From the human T2T-CHM13v2.0 reference genome, Homo sapiens: DNA of 64,000 nucleotides. Every line of letters starts with the position of its first letter. The first letter of the stretch is position 1. Under the pieces are notes generated by a model. The model did no database searches. It was not told the origin of the DNA and saw nothing but the letters and a program-made list of their open reading frames with translations. Shown here in pieces: positions 45,540-64,000 of this stretch. The position numbers and the translations under genes were made by a program. The DNA lies in the NCBI RefSeq assembly GCF_009914755.1, contig NC_060929.1, one strand, 5' to 3'.

Positions 45540-45660
45540 GGAGTCATGGCTTCCTTTTCCAGAGAAGCTATATAAACACTCTCCTTCTGCAAACTCAAAA
45601 CGGTGCTTGTAATCCCACTCTCCAGGATTGTTCCGGGTTCTGTACCCATAGCCACCAATG
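45540..45660 (-). promoter_or_regulatory. MCC: Putative MCC core promoter: TATA-like element (45569-45576) and CCAAT box (45655-45659)
   Basis: TATATAAA at the CpG island edge and gccaCCAATgag about 80 bp further out; the spacing fits a minus-strand start near 45545, though the TATA reads best on the + strand. Confidence 0.5.
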
Positions 45661-45944
45661 AGAACCGGAATGACTGGCCTTTTTATGAAATTTTGACACC
45701 TGTCAAGAAACCTGGCCCTCGCAGCCCTCATCTTGGCTCCCACTCTGTACTGGGAACAGTCTGCACGCTGTGTGGCATTGTGTACGTTGGGTCAATTTCT
45801 GGAAACGGCTCACTCTACTGGCCAGGCATCACTAGAATTTCCCCCAACAGCTTTAATAATGCCAAGAGCGAACATAATAGATGGTCTCATTTGATCCACA
45901 CTACAGACCTGGAAGATGCCTCTTTTATTATCAATCCTACGACT

Positions 45945-46195
45945 TAGGAAGTATTAATAGATAAGTACCTCATAGAGTTATCTTACATATAAAAGGAGAG
46001 CAGACATAATGCAGTTAGGACAATGTCTGACACCTAGTAAGTGCTCAACAACTGTTAGCTCTCATTGTTCCCAATTTACAGGTAAGAAAACTGAGGTACC
46101 AAGACCTGCTCAAGGTTCCAGGTTTAGTAAGTGTTAGGGCAGAGGCAAGCCCGGGCAGCCTAACTCCAGAGCAGGAGCCTTTAAACACTGCACTA
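45945..46195. mobile_element. Two adjacent MIR fragments in opposite orientations
   Basis: tacctcatagagtt...ctagtaagtgctcaa (+) then aatttacaggtaagaaaactgagg...ctaactccagag (-). Confidence 0.65.
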
Positions 46196-46297
46196 TTCCC
46201 CCATAGCCAAAGGGAAACCACAGTGAAGCAATTTGTGGTTTCGTGAATGACTCATTATTCTGTCCTGGATTTTCTGCCAGAGAGGCGTGTGAAGTTC

Positions 46298-46785
46298 TCT
46301 GGTGGTTTTAAAATATGTCCACAGATTCTTTGGTGCACCCCTCATCAAGAGGTGGAGTCTGTTGCTTCCCCTAAACCTGGATTGGACTTGTGACTGCCTT
46401 GACTTCTGAGACTAGGTTAGAAAAGGCAATGCAGATTGCACTTGGCTCTCTCCCTTGGGACACTTACCTTTGAAGCCTTGAGCTGCCTGAAAAGAAGTTT
46501 GGCTACCCTGAAGCTGGAGAAACCATGCAGAAAGACCATGTAAAGAAAAAAGGAGATGACCAAAGAGCTACAGCTGTTCTAGCCCTGGATCTTAGAATCT
46601 TCCCAGACTAGGTGCCAGACATGAGTGAGAGATGATGCTAGCTCTAGATGCTGCAACTGCATTGGAGACCCTGAGCAAAACTGGCTAACCAACCCCTAGA
46701 GCTGTGAAGATAATAATTAAAAATTATTGTTTTAAGCCATTAAGTTTTGAGGTGATTTGTTATGCAGCAATATATAACTGGAACA
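46298..46785 (+). mobile_element. MLT1E/F-like MaLR LTR
   Basis: aaaatatgtccacagattctttg...catcaagaggtggagtct ... tttaagccattaagttttgaggtgatttgttatgcagcaata...ggaaca. Confidence 0.7.
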
Positions 46786-46924
46786 AGTCCATATGTCTTG
46801 GGAATGTCTGCTAGGTCAGAAGGAAGGAATCTCTGCTCTCTTTCTCCTCCTCTCCACCCCATCTACCTATTCCTACTTTACTTCTTTATTATTCTCTAAG
46901 TTCCCAGTATTTCAGGGCACTAAA

Positions 46925-49552
<2,628 letters not shown>

Positions 49553-50549
49553 TATCTACTACCCAATAATATTTTATTGAAAGTTGCTACCAACAGCACA
49601 AATATTCCTATCTACAAGAAAACAAGAACCAAAGCCCAAGAGTTTATATATATATTTAAATTTATATATGTATAAATTTTTTAATCCTAATTTTTCTAAT
49701 TTTTATAGAATAAAACTTCTGTTGTTTGACAATACAGCCAGACAGGAGCTGTTACACTCAAATTTTTCTAGAGAAATGCCAGTTTAAGACTAAAAAAGAA
49801 ATAAAAAAACATTTTTCTAAGTACAACATGTATGGAGGGTCTGGAAACCCAAAGGATTTTGCAAAATTTCAACACATCTCTCTATAACCACATTCCATGT
49901 ATACAGAATGTGGACAGTAAAGCTCAACCAATTATATTTCAAAGCAAAGAATATTTTTTCTCCTTACCGAATGTGTACAACAGCTCTGGATGTTTAAATT
50001 TAAACACACAAAAAGTGGATCTTGACGAATTTCCTAAACATTTTTCTCATGCTTGGGTAACTCAGAAATGGCTGAACAGATAGGTTCCACATCCCAGGAA
50101 AGAATTTGCTTCTGAATTGATATGAAACATGTGAAATTTCAGCCTAAAGGGTTACAGGAGAGGGAGAAATTTGTAAGACATTGAAAATAGAGATGCCATA
50201 TGAATATAAAGATGATAAATATAAAGAAGAAGTTATGAGTGAGAGCCACTCTCTCAAAGAGTGAGGGGTGTATACTCACTGCCATAAATCTAACAGTACT
50301 GGTCATAATTTCAAAGGTTTCATATATTTATCTGAGATGAGTACATAGCTCAACCTCTTTGTCCTTACTCAGCTTTTTTCTTCAATTTATGTGGTACATT
50401 TCAGAAAACACTGTACACATGACAAGATATCCTACCCCATATGTCTAAAATTACATGTTAAAATAAATAAAACAATTGCAGTGCTTTGAAAACTTGATAA
50501 TCTGGTGCGTGTCCTTCCAAATTTGATTTACCTAAACTAGACTACATGC

Positions 50550-50679
50550 AACCATCCTTTTCTTGGGGTTGCAGTATGTCCAATGAGCGCATAGTGAAGG
50601 CAGTACTGCTAATGCCTACGCAACACACCCGCATCAACTAGAGGTTTGCTTTTACCTTGGTGCAATTTTTGGAAAAATG
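50550..50679 (+). pseudogene. RNU4ATAC13P: U4atac minor-spliceosome snRNA retropseudogene (full length, ~130 nt)
   Basis: AACCATCCTTTTCTTGGGGTTGC...CCAATGAGCGCATAGTGA...CAACACACCCGCATCAACTAGAG...GGTGCAATTTTTGGAAAAATG with Sm site at 50664-50672 and a downstream A-tail. The family call is firm; the pseudogene number is from memory. Confidence 0.9.
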
Positions 50680-50724
50680 AAAACCCACTTTTCCATGTCA
50701 AAAAAAAAGGTAAAAAAAAAAGGC

Positions 50725-51005
50725 AGCCGGGCATGGTGGCTCATCCTGTAATCCCAGCACTTTGGGAGGCCGAGGCAGGCAAATCACCTGAGGTCAGGAG
50801 TTCAAGACCAGCCTGGCCAACTTGGTGAAACCCTGTCTCTACAAAAAATAGCTGGGCATGGTGGCAAGCGCCTGTAATCCCAGCTACTCGGGAGGCCGAG
50901 GCAGGAGAATAGGAGAATCATTTGAACCGGGATAGCCGAGATTGCGCCACTGCACTCCAGCCTGAGAGACAGTGCAAGACTCTGTCTCAAACAAACAAAC
51001 AAAAA
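50725..51005 (+). mobile_element. AluS directly after the U4atac A-tail, with a rearranged right arm
   Basis: aggagaat duplicated and ~18 nt of the right arm missing; (AAAC)n tail. Confidence 0.88.
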
Positions 51006-51449
51006 CACTATAAGCAAGAGTTGGAGTGAGGACTCCATGGTGCCACTGGCTCACCATTTTCTCTAGGATGTTTTTAGCATCCCTGCTAAATTCCAATATT
51101 CCTTAAGAACCTTTTCTTCACCAATACAGGACACAGGTACCTTCCAGAGCTCTCTTAACTGAAGCATATATTGTGACAGAAGCAAACCATATAGTTTAAC
51201 GGTGATTTGCCTCCCAACTCAATAATATCAACTATTATAAAAAGAAATTGCAAATTCCTAAGAGAAAATAGTGAGGTAGCGTTAAGAGAGCTTAACAAAG
51301 TTTTATTGGGTTCTTATCACAAATCAGTCATAGGGTTTAAAATTACACCTTACTTAATGCTTTCTAGTGGGGGTAGGTATTTATTATCTCTATTTATGGG
51401 TGGATGTTGGTGAGTGAGAGTAACTAAATTCCAAAGTTAAGTAATGTCC

Positions 51450-51818
51450 CTGTTTTAGTCTGTTTTGTGTTTCTGTAACAGAATACCACATATTGGGTAA
51501 TTTATAAAGAAAAGAAACTTGTTTCTCACCATTCTGGAGGCTGTGAAGTCAAATATCAAGGTGCCAGCATCTTTCAAGACCTTTTTGCTGTGTCCTCCCA
51601 TGGTGCAGAAGGTGAGAGCAAGAGAGGGTAAGAAGGTCAAATTCATCCTTTTATCAGGAACCCATTGCAGCATTTATCAGGAACCCATTGCAGCAATTAT
51701 GGCATTAATCCATGCATAAGGGCTCTGCCCTCACGACCAAATCACTTCTTAAAAGTCCCCTCTCGACATTGTTGAATAGGGGATTAAGTTTCCAACACAT
51801 GAACTTTGGGGGACACAA
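51450..51818 (-). mobile_element. MST/MLT1A-type MaLR LTR with an internal perfect 23-bp tandem duplication (51650-51695)
   Basis: tgttttagtctgttttgtg...ctggaggctgtgaagtc...tttccaacacatgaactttgggggacaca. Confidence 0.75.
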
Positions 51819-52039
51819 GTACAGAAGCTAGAACTGAACTTGTATCTACCAGTCAAAGCCATGTTCTTAACATTTACTTCATATTGTCTTAATATCAGAT
51901 CCAGTGCTATTCACATTCATAGTCATATAGGCATTACAGTTTTTGATGAACAGTTTATAACTCCTTTTCATAAATATAAACTTTATATATTTATTATATA
52001 TTTATAGTTACAAGAGGGGGCTTCATGAGGTTCTATTAT

Positions 52040-52968
52040 CTGTCACAAGTTGGGCTCTCTGGGAAGCAGACTCCAGTATGGGGTTCACATACAGGATGCT
52101 TACTAAGGAGTGCCCCAAACTGGGGAGAAGGGAGGTGAAGGAAGCAAGATGGGATGGAGATGGAGGGAGAAGCCATGCTGTGATGCAGGGCTGAGAGCAG
52201 CCTTGTCTGACCTCTAAAGTGGCCTTTATTACTTCCCTATTGCAGCTGTTAACAAATTAACACAACACAAATTTATTATCTTAACATGAAACATATTTAT
52301 TATTGTACAGTTCTGGAGGGCGTAAATCAAAAATCAGTCTGAGTTAAACTGAAGGTGTTGGCAGGACCATGTTTTTTTCTGGAGATTGTGGCAGAGAATC
52401 ACCTCTTTGCCTTTTCCAGCTGCTGGAGGCTGTTTGCCTTCTCTGACTCATGGTTCCTTCCTCCATCTTCAAAGCCAGCTGAATAGCATTTTTAAATCTC
52501 TCTCTGACTTGTTTCCCTTTTAAAATAACATTTTTAAATCTCTCTCTGACTTGATGCCCTTTTCTACCTCCCTCTGGATTATACTGGGCCCTCCTAGGTA
52601 ATCCAGGATAACTTCTTTGTCTTAAATTCAGCTGATTAGCAACCATAATTCTATCAATAGCCTTAATTCTCCATTGCCACATAATATAATATACTCACAG
52701 GTTCCAGGGATCAGACTGTGGTTATATTTGGGAGAAGGTATTATTCTGCCTAACAATATCAGACTGTCCTTTACTGAAATGAAATGGCTCGGCTTATATA
52801 CCTCTGCCTCAGTCACCCATTGAATATAGGACCCCATCCTACTGGATCCACGACCCAGGAAGGTTGTGACTGTGGGTAAGGTAACTGCAGCTGAGACAAA
52901 ATCTGATAGACTGACAGCTGCAGGTTATCTTCTGAGAGCACTCCTAGCAGCTGGGCAACAAGTCCATT
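52040..52968 (-). mobile_element. ERVL LTR (LTR16-like) split by an MLT1 and a large L1; resumes at ~60650-60700
   Basis: gggctctctgggaagcagactc...caggatgcttactaaggagtgccc; continues after the L1 TSD as aagtccattcttgaaggg. Confidence 0.55.
52225..52755 (-). mobile_element. MLT1C/D-like MaLR LTR
   Basis: acacaaatttattatctta...cagttctggagg...gggccctcctaggtaatccaggataa...ttattctgcctaaca. Confidence 0.7.
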
Positions 52969-60645
<7,677 letters not shown>

Positions 60646-60794
60646 CAAAAAGTCCATTCTTGAAGGGAGAACTTGGTGGTGCACCTTAATGTTCATCACA
60701 GTTCATCTTGAGCTATTTGAATCCACTTCTTTGTGTATGTCTGGGAAGCAGCTCCTCTGTGATTCCAGTGGGCCTCTCTTTCTGGGGCACTCTT

Positions 60795-60942
60795 TTATTT
60801 TCATTTTTTTCTTTTCTTTTTAAATAGAGACAGGGTCTTGCTATGTTGCCCAGATTGGTCTCGAACTCCTGGGCTCAAGTGACCCTTCCACTTCAGCCTC
60901 TCAAAGTGCTGAGATTACAGGTGTGAGCCACTGCTCCTGGCC
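60795..60942 (-). mobile_element. Alu monomer (FLAM_C-like)
   Basis: Single left-arm monomer; TSD ggggcactctt. Confidence 0.8.
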
Positions 60943-61767
60943 TCAGGGGCACTCTTAGAAGAGGAAGTTTATTGGGAAAAATAACAATCTCCATCACTGC
61001 TGTAGGTCTTAGGGCCCCAACTGATACTCATTGTTTCCCTCTTCCACTTGTAAAATGGGGGTAGTAGTATCACTTATTTCATAGAGGTATTACTAAATTC
61101 CAGGAAATAATGCAAAGCACACTGGACCACTGGGAAGAGCCCAGTGAAACATAGCCATTATAATTTTTAGTATTATAAAACTGGATAAGGCTGTACATCA
61201 TGATATTTTTAAGACATTTATTGCTGGATATCAGATAACATCAGATCCTCCTTTTTAAATGTTTTCTATTTCTCTTTCTGGGTTCAGATATAGGAAGTTA
61301 GCCATACAGGGTTTAGATTCAAATCTCTGGAGAGGGGGCCTGGTATTTTCTTTGCATACACAGCACCTCTTATTTTTAATGTGCTTGCATTTCTTCTTGG
61401 AACTAAAGGATGTGGCAAACACAATAGGGACTACATGAAGCAGGCTGAGTGTGTGCGGGGACATGCATCATCATCACTCTCTCAGTACCTCACATGATGA
61501 TAGGCTTTCCAGCCACCTCTACCCTAGCTCTAGTAGGTGGGGCTGGCTATAAAGAGGAGTCTTATGCCTGTCAGGTGTTATATGTTGGTTGACTTTACAT
61601 AATCCCTAGCTAAATATCATCTCTTGTAATGAACATAGGTATCTTGGATTTAAACTGAGCAACCATACTTTGTGAAGGATCAAACGGGTTTCTAATGAAG
61701 GAAACAGTGAGGCCAAGAACTCCAAAGAAAAGAGCTCCTTTCCAGCATCTTATGCCAAATCTTTAGG

Positions 61768-61905
61768 GCAGTGGTTTTCAGACTGCAGTTTGCAACCCAT
61801 CAGTGAGTTGCAAAATTATTTTAGTAAGTGGTAGCCAGGCCTTTAAAAACATGAACTAGAGAAGAAAAATAAAACATGAACTAGAGAAACAGAAAATATC
61901 TGCAT
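61768..61905. mobile_element. hAT-Charlie MITE fragment
   Basis: cagtggttttcagactgcagtttgcaacccatcagtg terminus. Confidence 0.5.
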
Positions 61906-61920
61906 ATATTTAACTTAGTA

Positions 61921-62580
61921 CAATACTCCTTCCTTATCTGCAGTTTTGCTTTCCATGGTCAGCCATGGTCCACAAATCTTAAATGGAAAATTACAGAAAT
62001 AAACAATTCGTAAGTTTTAAATTGTGCACAGTTCTGATGATGAAATCTTGCACTGCCCTGCTCTGTCCTGCCTGAGAAGTGAATCCTCCCTTTGTCAGGG
62101 TATCCACATTGTATACACTACTCACCCATTAGTCACTTAGCCGTCTAGGTTATCAGATCGACTGTCATGGTATCACAGTGCTTGTGTTCAAGCAATCCTT
62201 ATTTTATTTAATAATGGCCCCAAAGTGCAAGAATAGGGATGCTGGCAATTTGGATATGCCAAAGTGAAGCGGTAAAGTGCTTCGTTTAAGTGAAAAGGTA
62301 AAAGTTCTCAATTTAGGGAATGAAAACAAAAATCATATGCTGAGGTTGCAAAGATCTACAGTAAAAATGAATCTTCTATTCATGAAATTGTGAATAGTAT
62401 ACTGTTATTGTTGTTTTATTTTATTACTAGTTATTGCTGTTAATCTTTTACTGTGTCTGATTTATAAATTAAACTTTATCATAGGTACGTATTTATAGAA
62501 AAAGCAAAATGTATATGGGTTCAATACTATCCTCAGTCTTAGGCATCCACTGGGGCTCTTGGAATGTTATCCTCACAGGA
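61921..62580. mobile_element. MER44 (Tigger7-derived) DNA transposon
   Basis: ccttatctgcagttttgctttcc...aaatggaaaattacagaaataaacaattcgtaagttttaaattg...aggcatccactggggctcttggaa. Confidence 0.8.
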
Positions 62581-63469
62581 CTTGCAGTGTCACATATTGT
62601 TTCATAAAACCTTTTCATTTATGCATGTATTTTTTCTGGACACAATAAGAACAGTGTATATCTGGTTGTGTATCTGTCTAACACGCACTGCTCTAGGGGA
62701 AAGATACTTATAGCAAGAACAATCACCTTGACACTCTTAGCTCAGAAGCTTTATTTTTCTTTCCTTACTTTTGATCAGGAATGACTTGCCCTTATTTCTC
62801 TCTATTTCATTCACCTTCTATTCAGTATACTTGGGGTGATTGGGAAGGAATCCATTTTATTTCTGTACCTCCCATTCTCTTTCTTATTTCCAGGGTGTTC
62901 TCCTGGTGGACCAAGAAGGCTAACCTGCTTCATTTATCTCCTCTACCAGGCAAAGCAGTCAGAGTGAGTTAGGCTGCTGAGTTCTGGGAGGGGATTGGAG
63001 CAGGGTTTTTATCTTAGATGGGTGGAGCCAGTGAATAAACTATTGGAAATCTCATTTGGATTCTCAAATCTAAGAAGTCAGGTAGACATCTGGAGTCAAT
63101 GTGCAGAGGCAAACAGTGTCAGAGACAAATGTGGCTTGATCTTCCAGTGCTGAGATGGGATGAGGGGAGGCACAAGGGAAGAATTTCTCAAGTGAGGAAC
63201 ACCCCCAAGAATGCCTCGTGATTTGAAAATGAGAACAGCTGAAAAGTTGTAAGTTATTTCATTATCTACTGACTTATATATATTTTAAGTATACCCAAAA
63301 GGAGACAATAGGAGTGTGGGCTACACAGGGTATCCAGTTCTGAATTGTATAGCTAACAATTGTGCATTTCAATGTATATACATTTTACTTTAAAATGATA
63401 ATAATTGAGTAAGGGTGGGAAGCGTGTGGAGGTACACCTGGGTCAAGGATGGCAGACTGTTGAGGCTAG

Positions 63470-63889
<420 letters not shown>

Positions 63890-64000
63890 TAATCCAACCA
63901 TGGACTGATAGTACCTTTTTTTCCCATAATCTCAGACCAACATGGAAGCAATAAATGAGCTACACTGTTTCCACATTCTTGGCTCCTCTCAGCAGCCAAG

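Larger units (their letters stand above)
44180..45560. promoter_or_regulatory. MCC: CpG island over the MCC promoter, exon 1 and proximal intron 1
   Basis: Abrupt rise in GC and CpG density in non-repeat sequence (e.g. tccgcgcggcgcgc, cgtcgccgtcgcacg). Confidence 0.9.

Noticed and set aside
44802-45661. Long + strand ORFs (193, 248, 142 aa) with poly-Ala and poly-Leu/Pro
   Set aside because: Antisense shadows of the GC-rich MCC exon and CpG island, mostly with non-ATG starts and no recognisable domain.

Overview
This window is human genomic DNA, repeat-rich, and carries a human-specific AluYa5. It spans the promoter, CpG island and first coding exon of the long, EF-hand-containing isoform of MCC on the minus strand (CDS exon 45131-44962, donor AG|GTACGC). 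About 45 kb to the left is MCC intron 1 and about 18.5 kb to the right is upstream intergenic DNA. Most of the rest is transposon-derived: a full-length dead L1PA4-like element (22885-29014, sense to MCC), a solo LTR12C (13673-15260), a near-full-length old L1MA nested in an ERVL LTR, an MST LTR-int-LTR element carrying a pristine AluYa5, and many Alu/MIR/L2/MLT/DNA-transposon relics. There is also a U4atac snRNA retropseudogene at 50550-50679. I found no evidence of a wholly new multi-gene system. The best leads are an out-of-frame upstream-overlapping ORF across MCC exon 1 encoding poly-Arg/poly-Gln, the U4atac copy with a 3' trailer and a disease-like 5' stem-loop change, an intact antisense LTR12C promoter, a ~400-bp ancient local duplication of non-repeat DNA, and several templated or fold-back micro-duplications. 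Repeat subfamily calls and boundaries were made by eye from remembered consensus sequences and are approximate.
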